This document shows positions 46,935 to 56,209 of a DNA stretch of 64,000 bases, piece by piece. The stretch covers positions 28,080-92,079 of the forward strand of contig CAZTZZ010000001.1 in assembly GCA_964617905.1 (NCBI GenBank). The letters are read 5' to 3'. Made by a program: the position numbers and the translations under genes. The notes beneath the pieces were generated by a model. It did no database searches. It was not told the DNA's origin and saw nothing but the letters and a program-made list of their open reading frames with translations. Source of the DNA: an uncultured Ignavibacteriaceae bacterium (GTDB lineage Bacteria > Bacteroidota > Ignavibacteria > Ignavibacteriales > Ignavibacteriaceae). The stretch's first letter is position 1. The number at the start of each line of letters is the position of its first letter.

Positions 46935-47651
46935 ATGAGATATATTCTATTTTTCTTTCTTATTTGTTCGTTTGTAACATCAGACTTTGGGCAGAATAAA
47001 AGTGATACAATAAGTAAAATAAAATCCATATCTGACACATCAAGAACGACAGATACACACACATCTGTAGACAGTATAAATATAAAGCAAATTGTAGAAG
47101 GACAAATCAGAGCTATTAAAGAGAAACAACTTTGGAAAACAAAAAAACAAATTATTGTTACGGCTTTGAAAAATGAAACAACTCAACCCGAAATTAAAAA
47201 AGGATTAAATAACATATGGAGTAATTTTGTACAGAATACTTTAGCACCATTTTTTGCTAAAATACAAAATGTAATTTTTTACTCCGAAGGAATTTCCAAT
47301 CAATTGTCAATTTTAGGTATTGCATCCTTAATTACATTTTTAATTGTAATAATCAGAAGAAAAATCATAAATAAAAAACCACTAAGGAAGAACGGACTTA
47401 AAGATAGCATAAGACTACTTAGGGAAGAAAGAGTGGGTAATAAAGTGGACATAAACTTAAAAGGAATAAGGAATAGATTAGTTAATAACACCTTAACATA
47501 TAGAAACACTAAAGCCGGAATTACTAAAGTTGCAAAAGAAATGAATATTTCAAAGGGAGAAGTATTGCTGGCTGCAAAAATAAAATCATACGAGTTAGAC
47601 AATAACTGGTTAGGACGTATTAATAAAAAAATGTATTGGAGAATTTTTTAG
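46935..47651 (+). CDS. Hypothetical membrane protein
   Basis: N-terminal signal/anchor MRYILFFFLICSFV. Internal TM LSILGIASLITFLIVII. The basic C-terminal part includes an HTH-like stretch, ITKVAKEMNISKGEVLLAAKIK. Confidence 0.4.
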   Translation: MRYILFFFLICSFVTSDFGQNKSDTISKIKSISDTSRTTDTHTSVDSINIKQIVEGQIRAIKEKQLWKTKKQIIVTALKNETTQPEIKKGLNNIWSNFVQNTLAPFFAKIQNVIFYSEGISNQLSILGIASLITFLIVIIRRKIINKKPLRKNGLKDSIRLLREERVGNKVDINLKGIRNRLVNNTLTYRNTKAGITKVAKEMNISKGEVLLAAKIKSYELDNNWLGRINKKMYWRIF

Positions 47652-47686
47652 AATAAATGAAAAAAATTTATAAAAAGGAATTTTAA

Positions 47687-48394
47687 ATGATTAAAGGTAT
47701 TTATACAGCCGCAAGGGGATTAAACAGCAGGATGAAAAATCTTGAGATAGTTGCAAATAATCTGGCAAATCTTAATACCACAGGTTTTAAACGCGAACTA
47801 CCTTTTTCTGAAATAATGAATCAATATGGAAAAATAGATATTAAAAAAGCTACTGATTTTCAGCAGGGTAATCTTACTGAAACTTCGAATCCTCTTGATT
47901 TTGCAATATCGGGGAACGGGTTTTTTGTAATTCAGACTGAAACCGGCACAGAGCTTACACGCGATGGCAAGTTTAATATTTCAATTGACGGGTACTTAGT
48001 AACCCAGCAGGGAAATAAAGTATTAGGAAAAAACGGACCAATTAGTGTTAACAATTTATCACTGGATAATAATAAAAAATTAACAGTTTCTTCTGACGGC
48101 GAAATCAAATATGGAGATGATGTTATTGATACTCTTCTTGTAGCTAATTTGAATAACCCAGAGCAATCTGTGAGATCTACTGGTGTAAATTTTAAAACCG
48201 GAGATGACGGATTTAAAATTGCATCACCAAATTCATTTATAATCAAACAAGGTTTCCAGGAAGAATCAAATATAAATCCGATAATGGAAATGCAGGCAAT
48301 GATACAGCTAAACACAGAATATGACTCCGCACACAAGATGATAAATTATTTAGATCGGTCACTTGGTCAAGCAAATCAAATTGGGAAAGTCTAA
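47687..48394 (+). CDS. flgF: Proximal rod protein FlgF
   Basis: IYTAARGLNSRMKNLEIVANNLANLNTTGFKRE and C-terminal QGFQEESNINPIMEMQAMIQLNTEYDSAHKMI. Confidence 0.85.
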   Translation: MIKGIYTAARGLNSRMKNLEIVANNLANLNTTGFKRELPFSEIMNQYGKIDIKKATDFQQGNLTETSNPLDFAISGNGFFVIQTETGTELTRDGKFNISIDGYLVTQQGNKVLGKNGPISVNNLSLDNNKKLTVSSDGEIKYGDDVIDTLLVANLNNPEQSVRSTGVNFKTGDDGFKIASPNSFIIKQGFQEESNINPIMEMQAMIQLNTEYDSAHKMINYLDRSLGQANQIGKV

Positions 48395-48410
48395 AAAAAG
48401 GAGATAAGAT

Positions 48411-49208
48411 ATGCCAAACAGAGCTTTAAGAACTGCAGCATCCGGAATGTATGCACAAGAGTTAAATATTGAAGTAATCTCAAACAATATTGCAAATATT
48501 AATACTACGGGATACAAAAGGAATAAAGCAGAATTTCAGGATTTAATGTATCAGCAAGTTAATGTAAATCCTGTAAATTCTTCAATACCGGGCGTTAATG
48601 ATAATCCTGCTAATTCAATTCAGGTTGGGAACGGCGTTGTTCCAACATCAACGGCAAAGATATTTACTCAGGGAGACATTACTCCTACGAATAATCAAAT
48701 GGATTTCGCAATTCAAGGTGATGGTTTTTTTCAAGTAAGAAAAGAAGATGGAACATTTGCGTATACTCGTGACGGGTCATTCAAGGTAAATGCTGATGGG
48801 AAAATAGTAACCTCCAGCGGTTATGTTGTTGATCCGGAATTATCTATTGATGAAAATGCGATTGGGATATCTGTGGGAAAAGAGGGTACTGTTACTGTAC
48901 AAGAAGCAGGCGGTAATTCATATGTATTAGGAAATATTGAACTTGCACGATTTATGAATCCCGGCGGTTTGAAAGCATTAGGTAATAATTTATATGCTCA
49001 GACAGAATCCTCAGGAACACCAATAATAGGTGCACCTGGCAAAGACGGTTTTGGTAATATTAGTCAAGGTTATCTGGAATCTTCTAATGTAGATATTGTT
49101 GAAGAAATGATATCAATGATAGCAGCACAAAGAGCTTACGAAATAAATTCTAAAACTGTACAAACAGTACAGGAAATGATGCAGATGGCAAATAACCTGA
49201 AAAGATAA
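48411..49208 (+). CDS. flgG: Distal rod protein FlgG
   Basis: ALRTAASGMYAQELNIEVISNNIANINTTGYKRNKAEFQDLMYQ and C-terminal GYLESSNVDIVEEMISMIAAQRAYEINSK. Confidence 0.93.
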   Translation: MPNRALRTAASGMYAQELNIEVISNNIANINTTGYKRNKAEFQDLMYQQVNVNPVNSSIPGVNDNPANSIQVGNGVVPTSTAKIFTQGDITPTNNQMDFAIQGDGFFQVRKEDGTFAYTRDGSFKVNADGKIVTSSGYVVDPELSIDENAIGISVGKEGTVTVQEAGGNSYVLGNIELARFMNPGGLKALGNNLYAQTESSGTPIIGAPGKDGFGNISQGYLESSNVDIVEEMISMIAAQRAYEINSKTVQTVQEMMQMANNLKR

Positions 49209-49211
49209 ATT

Positions 49212-49871
49212 ATGAGCACATTAATATTAGTAATATTTTCGTTTTTTATTCAAACCGGCACCCCTTTAAAAAGTCAGCTGGAAAATTATATGAATAAAAA
49301 CCTTACGAATTATACAAATTCCGGTGAGTATGAGTTCGAAATCATAAAACTGCCTAAGTTATATAAAGAGATTGTTTTATTAAAACCGAATGAATTCAAT
49401 ATAAAAGGAAATTTTGTTTATCTGCCGGTTAAAATTGTTAAGAATAGCGGAAGAGTTGTTAAAACATTTTTAACTATTAAAGTAAAAATATTCCGTAATG
49501 TACTTGTAACCAAGAAAAGAATTAACAGAAAAGAAAATCTTAAACCCGAAAATTTTAGATACGAGAAAAGGGATATTACTATAATAAAAGGAACTCCCAT
49601 TTATAAGTTGGATAGAATCCGCTTGTATAGAAGCAAGGTACTTAAACAACCCGATAATGTTTTAACTTCTGAGATTATAGAAAAAATTCCTATTGTAAAT
49701 GTGGGGGATGAGTTGATGGCAAAATATGTAACCGGAAATATTCTTGTTACTTTCAGGGCTTTTGCAAGACAGGAGGGGGCATCTGGCGATGTGATTTCAG
49801 TAATTACTAAAGATAAAAAACTGTTTAAAGGTAAAATATTTGATTCAAAAAATTTAAATATAGTAGAGTGA
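49212..49871 (+). CDS. flgA: P-ring assembly chaperone FlgA
   Basis: C-terminal SAF-type segment VNVGDELMAKYVTGNILVTFRAFARQEGASGDVISVITKDKKLFKGKI. Position before flgH-flgI. Confidence 0.75.
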   Translation: MSTLILVIFSFFIQTGTPLKSQLENYMNKNLTNYTNSGEYEFEIIKLPKLYKEIVLLKPNEFNIKGNFVYLPVKIVKNSGRVVKTFLTIKVKIFRNVLVTKKRINRKENLKPENFRYEKRDITIIKGTPIYKLDRIRLYRSKVLKQPDNVLTSEIIEKIPIVNVGDELMAKYVTGNILVTFRAFARQEGASGDVISVITKDKKLFKGKIFDSKNLNIVE

Positions 49872-49873
49872 AT

Positions 49874-50437
49874 ATGAAAGCCATAATTACATTAAGCATT
49901 TGCTTGCTCGCGTCAAATATGTTTGCACAGGATATGAGACAAAACATTTTTTCTTCTCTTTTCTCAGACCAAAAAGCAAATAAAATTGGAGATGCTATTA
50001 CTATCCTTGTCATTGAATCTTCACAGGCATCAAATAATGCAGAAACAAGTACGGGAAGAACAAGTGACCTTGGTTTTACACAAAAAATGCAGGACGGGAC
50101 TCCCGGTACAGGAATTACAATTGGATCAAATAATAACTTTAAAGGTTCGGGGTTTACAAAAACCCAAGGAATTGTCAGAACAAAAATCAGTGCTACGGTA
50201 GATTCTGTCTTGGCTAACGGTAATCTTGTTATAAAAGGTGAGAGAAAGATAATAATAAACGGTCAAGAACAGAAAGTATTTATTAAAGGTATTGTAAGAA
50301 TATCTGATATCGCTCCTGATAATTCAGTGTTATCATATAATATTTCAAATGCAGAGATAGTTTTTAGCGGTGAAGGATCAATTAATAGCTCGCTTTCTCC
50401 CGGTTGGTTAACCAAGTTTTTCCATTGGATTTTTTAG
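49874..50437 (+). CDS. flgH: L-ring protein FlgH
   Basis: LFSDQKANKIGDAITILVIESSQASNNAETSTGR and VLANGNLVIKGERKIIINGQEQKVFIKGIVR. I prefer the ATG at 49874 to the GTG at 49868. Confidence 0.88.
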   Translation: MKAIITLSICLLASNMFAQDMRQNIFSSLFSDQKANKIGDAITILVIESSQASNNAETSTGRTSDLGFTQKMQDGTPGTGITIGSNNNFKGSGFTKTQGIVRTKISATVDSVLANGNLVIKGERKIIINGQEQKVFIKGIVRISDIAPDNSVLSYNISNAEIVFSGEGSINSSLSPGWLTKFFHWIF

Positions 50438-50445
50438 GAATTATA

Positions 50446-51534
50446 ATGAAAAAATTAATTGTAATATATCTGTTGTTAGGTATAAGCCTTTTATACGGGC
50501 AAAGAATTAAAGATATCGCTTATTTAAACGGTGAAAAATCCGAACAGATAATTGGTTACGGATTAGTTGTAGGACTAGCAAGCACGGGAGATACTCAACG
50601 TTCTACATTTACTATTCAATCAATCACAAGTATGTTAAAAAGATTTGGAATTACTGTACCGCAAAATAATTTACGTGTAAGGAATGTAGCAGCAGTTATG
50701 GTTACCGCCACTTTAAGTTCATATCTGAAACCGGGTGCAAAATTTGATTTAACGGTTTCTTCGATGGGTGATGCAACTAGCCTTCAAGGGGGCACATTAT
50801 TGATGACTCCTTTGTCTGGGATGACAGGTGGTGTTTACGGATTCGGGCAGGGGCCTATTTCAGTTGGAGGTTATGATTTTAGAACTCGTACAGGAAACCG
50901 TATAGCAAAGAATCATACTCTTGGAGGAAGAGTTCCATTGGGAGGGATATTACAAACAACTATGCGCCAAAATAATGTTTCAAAAACTGAAGTCAGTGTT
51001 TATTTACGAGAGCCGGACATAACAACTTCTAATAATATTGCGGCGGCAATTAATAGCAAATTAGGCAAAGACATAGCAATTCCTAATGATGCTGCTGAAG
51101 TAAAAGTAAAAGTTCCTTCAGACAAGCAGAAAAATTTTATTTCTTTCTTAGCAGAGCTTGAAAACATTGAGGTGGAAAAAGATAATATTGCAAAGGTAGT
51201 TTTGGATGAAAGAAGCGGAACTATAGTTGCAGGTAATAAAGTGAAAATATTACCTTCTTCAATAACTCACGGTAGTCTTAATATTACTATAAGATCCTTT
51301 CCAATAATTTCGCAGCCAAATGCTTTTTCAAATGGAACCACAACTGTGTTTAATAACCTGGTCCCTTATGTTTCACAAGATTCCACCAATACAATTGCTA
51401 TTGAAGGAGCTTCAAATGTGCAACAGGTAGCTGCAGCGCTTAACTCATTAAAGGTTTCACCCAGGGATATAATTGCAATTTTTCAGGCATTAAAAAAAGC
51501 AGGTGCTCTTATCGGTGAACTGGAGGTAATATGA
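50446..51534 (+). CDS. flgI: P-ring protein FlgI
   Basis: Signal peptide MKKLIVIYLLLGISLLYG, then QRIKDIAYLNGEKSEQIIGYGLVVGLASTGD. The ORF-track start at 50404 adds 14 non-signal residues and overlaps flgH. Confidence 0.92.
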   Translation: MKKLIVIYLLLGISLLYGQRIKDIAYLNGEKSEQIIGYGLVVGLASTGDTQRSTFTIQSITSMLKRFGITVPQNNLRVRNVAAVMVTATLSSYLKPGAKFDLTVSSMGDATSLQGGTLLMTPLSGMTGGVYGFGQGPISVGGYDFRTRTGNRIAKNHTLGGRVPLGGILQTTMRQNNVSKTEVSVYLREPDITTSNNIAAAINSKLGKDIAIPNDAAEVKVKVPSDKQKNFISFLAELENIEVEKDNIAKVVLDERSGTIVAGNKVKILPSSITHGSLNITIRSFPIISQPNAFSNGTTTVFNNLVPYVSQDSTNTIAIEGASNVQQVAAALNSLKVSPRDIIAIFQALKKAGALIGELEVI

Positions 51535-52346
51535 TAAAAAATCTGCAGTTAAAAATTACCGATAACCATAGACATATTAATTCTCCGACTTCTGTGGGTA
51601 ATCGTTATTCAAACAAACAAAAAGCTAAAATAGCTGATGCATCAAAAAAATTCGAAAGTCTTTTAACATCAATGATGCTTAAAAGTATGAACCAAACTTC
51701 AGGCGGAATGTTCGGGAAGAACAGTTATGGCGGTGATATGTTTGATTCAATTTTTCAAAATGATATGTCTCTTTTTATTTCAAAAAACCATTCTCTCGGA
51801 GTTGCAGATATTCTTTATAAAAAAATTACTGGCGAGAATATTAACTCGTTGAACAATAATCCAAATGATTTTCAGCTTAATAAAATTTTTAATTTGAAAA
51901 AGAATAAAGCAAAAAATATTCATGCAATTGTTCCCACCAATAGCGCAATTAAAAGACTAAATAAATATGAGAAAATAATAGAAAAAGCATCTGTTAATTA
52001 CGGTGTAGATAAAAATCTCATTAAATCTGTAATTCTAACTGAATCCTCTGCAAGGGCAGATGCACTTTCCAAATCAAAAGCAAAAGGATTAATGCAGCTG
52101 ATTGATTCAACCGCGATAAAGGTAGGTGTTGAAAATGTATGGGATCCGTCACAAAATATTCTTGGGGGTACTAAATACCTTGCGGAATTACTTAGAAAAC
52201 ACGACGGGAATATAAAGCTTGCTTTGGCTTCCTATAATGCAGGACCATTAAATGTTGATAAGTATGGGGGAATTCCTCCTTTCGAGGAAACTCAAAATTA
52301 TGTAACAAGAGTTATTGGTTATCTGAATCATTTAAAAGGAGAATAA
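51531..52346 (+). CDS. flgJ: FlgJ-like rod-assembly protein: N-terminal rod-binding domain fused to an SLT-type lytic transglycosylase
   Basis: Rod-binding motif ASKKFESLLTSMMLKSM..GGDMFDSIFQNDMSLFISKNHSLGVADILYKKI. SLT motifs VILTESSARADALSKSKAKGLMQL (catalytic Glu-Ser), LALASYNAGP and PPFEETQNYV. Confidence 0.8.
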   Translation: MIKNLQLKITDNHRHINSPTSVGNRYSNKQKAKIADASKKFESLLTSMMLKSMNQTSGGMFGKNSYGGDMFDSIFQNDMSLFISKNHSLGVADILYKKITGENINSLNNNPNDFQLNKIFNLKKNKAKNIHAIVPTNSAIKRLNKYEKIIEKASVNYGVDKNLIKSVILTESSARADALSKSKAKGLMQLIDSTAIKVGVENVWDPSQNILGGTKYLAELLRKHDGNIKLALASYNAGPLNVDKYGGIPPFEETQNYVTRVIGYLNHLKGE

Positions 52347-52347
52347 A

Positions 52348-52800
52348 ATGGAAATGAGCGATTTGTTTAAGGCCCTTAAAGAGCAATATGAATTTCTTCA
52401 TGCTTATTTAGGTACTTTAATCCAACATCAAAAAGCTATAATAAGCGGCAACATTGAAGAGCTGGAAGAAACAATTAAAGGTGAGGGTGCTTTATTAATT
52501 ATTGTAGAAAATTATCAAAACAAAATTGTTGATGTAATTAAAAATTTATCCGATAAATATTTACTTAAACTACAAAATTATAAACTCTCTGATTTCATAG
52601 CCGCAATTAAACATGAAAACAAATATGATACTACCAGTCTTAGTAAAATGCAAGATTCTCTTGTCAAAATGGGGGATGAGATAATCAAAGTTAATAATCA
52701 AAATAAATTACTTGTAAATCAAGCAAGATATTTAATTAAAGAAACTATATCTACAATTGTGAATGAAAATAATGTGCCAATACTTGATAGGACAATTTAA
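52348..52800 (+). CDS. flgN: FlgN-like export chaperone (putative)
   Basis: 150-aa helical protein (LFKALKEQYEFLHAYLGTLIQHQKAIISGNIEELEE) immediately upstream of flgK-flgL. The call rests mainly on position and helical character. Confidence 0.5.
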   Translation: MEMSDLFKALKEQYEFLHAYLGTLIQHQKAIISGNIEELEETIKGEGALLIIVENYQNKIVDVIKNLSDKYLLKLQNYKLSDFIAAIKHENKYDTTSLSKMQDSLVKMGDEIIKVNNQNKLLVNQARYLIKETISTIVNENNVPILDRTI

Positions 52801-54158
52801 TGGGAATAAGCAGAATATTTAATATTGCACAAAAAAGTCTTTCGGTTTATCAGGGAGCGCTTGATGTAACTGCAAATAATATTGCCAATTCATCAAACCC
52901 AAATTATTCAAGACAGCGTGCAGTAATTACTAATGAAACTGCCCAGCAAATAGGCCATCTTTCTTGGGGTGTAGGTGTAAAACTGGATGATATACAAAGG
53001 GTTAGGGATTCTTTAATTGATCAGCAATTCCGTGCAAATAATCAACAATATTCTGATTTAGATCAGAGAAACATAATACTAAGTGAGATAGAAAATCTTT
53101 TTTCAGAACCATCGGATATCGGTCTGTCAAGTTTATCGACTGCATTTTATAATTCTTGGCAGCAACTTACAGTAACTCCTAATTCGGTAGTGTTGAGAAA
53201 TAATGTTATTCAAGCAGCACAAAATCTGAGCACTAAAATTAAAAATATAAATGATGGCTTAGATACAATAAAATCCAATATTGTATCGGAAACAACAGAC
53301 AAAGTAAATTCATTAAATTCAAATATAAAACAGATTCAAAGTTTAAATTCTCAAATTTTAAAAAGTAAATCTTCCGGTGTAAATGCAAATGATTTAATTG
53401 ATAAAAGAGATGAAGTGATTGATGATTTAAGTAAATTAGTTAACATTAGTGTCTCTTATGATTCTAACAATTCTGCTATTGTTACAATTGGAGGCGTATT
53501 TATAGCTGATAAGGCAAGTTTTGTTCAGTTTAAATCAACAGTAGAAGGTGGAAAATTAAAGATAACCTCTTCCGACGGAACTTCATCGCCAAATATAAAT
53601 AGCGGCCAGTTGTTTGCATTAACCGATACGTTTAATAAAACAATTCCGGGTTACCAATCATCACTTGACAGTTATATTAACAGTTTAGTTGATTCATTAA
53701 ATAAACAGCATACTAAAGGATACACAATTACAAACCCTCCGGTAACATCTGTTAATTTTTTTGACGGTTATGCTAATGGTGAACTTAAAATTAATTCACA
53801 AATACTTAATGATCCGAATAAAATAGCAATATCTAAAGACGGAACTTCAGGCAACGGTGATATTGCATTGAATATTGCCAATCTTTATACACAAAAAGAT
53901 GCGAACGGGGTAACGCTCCAAGATAATTATATAAATTTAATTGCACAAATTGGAAATGATAAAAAATCAGCAGCCGATTCTTCAAAAGCATATAAATTAT
54001 CAATAGATCATCTTCAAAAACAAAAGATATCTGTCTCCGGTGTTTCTATAGATGAAGAGATGTCAAATGTAATTCGATTTCAAAGGTCTTACGATGCATC
54101 GGCAAAATTAATTAAAGTAGCTGATGAAATGTTACAAATTCTTTTAAGAATGTTTTAG
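52800..54158 (+). CDS. flgK: Hook-filament junction protein FlgK (HAP1)
   Basis: IFNIAQKSLSVYQGALDVTANNIANSSNPNYSRQR and C-terminal VSIDEEMSNVIRFQRSYDASAKLIKVADEML. Confidence 0.92.
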   Translation: MGISRIFNIAQKSLSVYQGALDVTANNIANSSNPNYSRQRAVITNETAQQIGHLSWGVGVKLDDIQRVRDSLIDQQFRANNQQYSDLDQRNIILSEIENLFSEPSDIGLSSLSTAFYNSWQQLTVTPNSVVLRNNVIQAAQNLSTKIKNINDGLDTIKSNIVSETTDKVNSLNSNIKQIQSLNSQILKSKSSGVNANDLIDKRDEVIDDLSKLVNISVSYDSNNSAIVTIGGVFIADKASFVQFKSTVEGGKLKITSSDGTSSPNINSGQLFALTDTFNKTIPGYQSSLDSYINSLVDSLNKQHTKGYTITNPPVTSVNFFDGYANGELKINSQILNDPNKIAISKDGTSGNGDIALNIANLYTQKDANGVTLQDNYINLIAQIGNDKKSAADSSKAYKLSIDHLQKQKISVSGVSIDEEMSNVIRFQRSYDASAKLIKVADEMLQILLRMF

Positions 54159-54162
54159 AATT

Positions 54163-55419
54163 ATGAGAATAACTGACTTAATGTTAAATAATGATTTTGT
54201 TACGAATTTCAACAATTCAAAGACAAGAGTTAATGATCTTCAAACAAAAATCACAACCGGTAATAAATTTAATAAACCTTCGGACTCACCGGAAGGAACT
54301 TCCAGGTTACTCGGTTTAAAAAATCAAACATTACAAATTGATACGTTCAATAAAAATATTGAGAGTGGTTTATCGAATATGCAGGACACAATTACGGCAA
54401 TGGAAAGTATTCAGGGTGAGGTTACTGATGTAATGGTAAAATTAAGCAACCTTAGTAATGTTGCTGCAAGCAGCAATCTCAATAATTTTGCAGATCAAAT
54501 TGATGCTTCACTTAATGAGATATTAAACTTTTCTAATCTTAAATCTAATGGAAAATATTTATTTGGCGGTACTGATTTTTCTTCCGTTCCTTATGGCTTT
54601 TCATCGGATAAGTCAGCTATATTGGTAAAAGCAGGAGATGTATCAGGTAAACAATCAATAAGAACTTCTCAGAACACTTTTCAAAAAATTAATATGACAG
54701 GGACAGAAGTTTTTGGTACTATTGTAAATCAAAATGGAAATATTGATTCTACTACTGCGATTGGTTCAACGGTTACAAATCAAACTGATGTTTATGATGC
54801 TGCTGGTGTTAAATACACACTTAAAGTAGATTATAAAAAAACAGCGGCAAACAAATACACAATGAGTTACGATATTACCGATGGAAGCAACAACTCTGTT
54901 TTTACGCAGACACCTGCAACAAAAGCCTTGATTTTTAATTCAACTTCGGGTTATTTAGAAACAGTAGATGGTCAATCCCCCGAACAAATTCATATTAAGG
55001 CTGATAAAGCAAACATTGATTTTAATTTAGACCAAACTTCAATTAAAGTGGCAAGCGGAAGTTCTAGTCTTGCTTTTTCAGTAAATCAAAAAACTGACAT
55101 TTTTAATATCCTGCTTAATATTAGAAACGATCTTAGAGCCGGAAAAATTCCTACGGATGAACAGATAAAAAGTGTCTCTGATTTTAACAATCATTTATTA
55201 GACAACATTGCAAAAGCAGGAAATAATACCAATCAATTGAATAATGCTAAGGATGTGTTGAATAACCAGAAAACACAAATAGAAAAAGTTGCCGCCTCTA
55301 TTCAGGGGGTAGATATGGCAAAGGCTATAATGGATCTTCAAGCACAAAATTATTTATTGCAAGTTTCATATAAACTTGCTGCATCTATTTCAACAAAAAC
55401 ATTAATAGATTTTTTATGA
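54163..55419 (+). CDS. flgL: Hook-filament junction protein FlgL (HAP3)
   Basis: MRITDLMLNNDFVTNFNNSKTRVNDLQTKITTGNKFNKPSDSPEG and a flagellin-like C-terminus, VDMAKAIMDLQAQNYLLQVSYKLAASI. Confidence 0.88.
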   Translation: MRITDLMLNNDFVTNFNNSKTRVNDLQTKITTGNKFNKPSDSPEGTSRLLGLKNQTLQIDTFNKNIESGLSNMQDTITAMESIQGEVTDVMVKLSNLSNVAASSNLNNFADQIDASLNEILNFSNLKSNGKYLFGGTDFSSVPYGFSSDKSAILVKAGDVSGKQSIRTSQNTFQKINMTGTEVFGTIVNQNGNIDSTTAIGSTVTNQTDVYDAAGVKYTLKVDYKKTAANKYTMSYDITDGSNNSVFTQTPATKALIFNSTSGYLETVDGQSPEQIHIKADKANIDFNLDQTSIKVASGSSSLAFSVNQKTDIFNILLNIRNDLRAGKIPTDEQIKSVSDFNNHLLDNIAKAGNNTNQLNNAKDVLNNQKTQIEKVAASIQGVDMAKAIMDLQAQNYLLQVSYKLAASISTKTLIDFL

Positions 55420-56195
55420 TAAAAAAAGTAGGAACATTTTACGGACTTTTACTCGGGTTTCTTTCTATTTTCGGTGCCTTTATACTGGAAGGTGGGACAT
55501 TTAAATCATTGTTTTTAATTTCTCCTTTAATAATTGTTTTCGGTGGAACATTCTCGGCAATTATTATTGGGTTTGGATTTGACAGATTTAAAAATATACT
55601 ATCCCTGATAAAGTTAGCCTATTTCCCCCAAAAATATAATTTGAATAACATCATAAATAATTTGGTGGATTTTTCGATAATATCTAGAAAAGAAGGCTTA
55701 TTATCTATTGAAAAGAAAATAGATAGGTTGGAATATTTATTTCCCAAAAAGCTTATAAAATATGTTATTGACGGCTCAGAGGAAGATGCTTTGCAAAATC
55801 TTGCTGTATTAGAAATTAATGCAATGCAGGAAAGGCATTTTTCTAACATTTTTATTTTTACAAAAATGGGCGGATATGCCCCTACAATGGGAATTATAGG
55901 TACGGTGATGGGCCTGATTATGACACTTGCTGGTGCAAGCGGCGATCCAAGTTCTTTAATAAAAAATATCGCTTCTGCATTTATAGCAACATTATGGGGT
56001 GTTTTTAGTGCAAATATTTTATGGTTACCAATTGGTGATAAGTTAAAAAAATGTCATATGGAAGAGAAAAAAATGATGGAACTTTCTCTGGAGGGAGTGT
56101 TAGCCTTACAGAGCGGGGAGATTCCCTCGGTGGTAAAAGCCAGGTTAGTAAGCCTAATGCCACAAAAAGAGCAACAAAAAATGTTGAATCTTTAA
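55416..56195 (+). CDS. motA: Stator channel protein MotA, set 1
   Basis: Four TM segments. MGGYAPTMGIIGTVMGLI and ASAFIATLWGVFSANILWLPIGDKL are MotA/TolQ/ExbB family motifs. Followed by an OmpA-like MotB. Confidence 0.85.
   Translation: MIKKVGTFYGLLLGFLSIFGAFILEGGTFKSLFLISPLIIVFGGTFSAIIIGFGFDRFKNILSLIKLAYFPQKYNLNNIINNLVDFSIISRKEGLLSIEKKIDRLEYLFPKKLIKYVIDGSEEDALQNLAVLEINAMQERHFSNIFIFTKMGGYAPTMGIIGTVMGLIMTLAGASGDPSSLIKNIASAFIATLWGVFSANILWLPIGDKLKKCHMEEKKMMELSLEGVLALQSGEIPSVVKARLVSLMPQKEQQKMLNL
55654..55680 (+). promoter_or_regulatory. Sigma-28-like motif inside motA (set 1)
   Basis: TAAA (55654-55657), N15, TTCGATAA (55673-55680), in the sense orientation, 370-530 nt upstream of the possible motB starts. 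Confidence 0.25.
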
Positions 56196-56209
56196 ACTCT
56201 TCCGGACCT

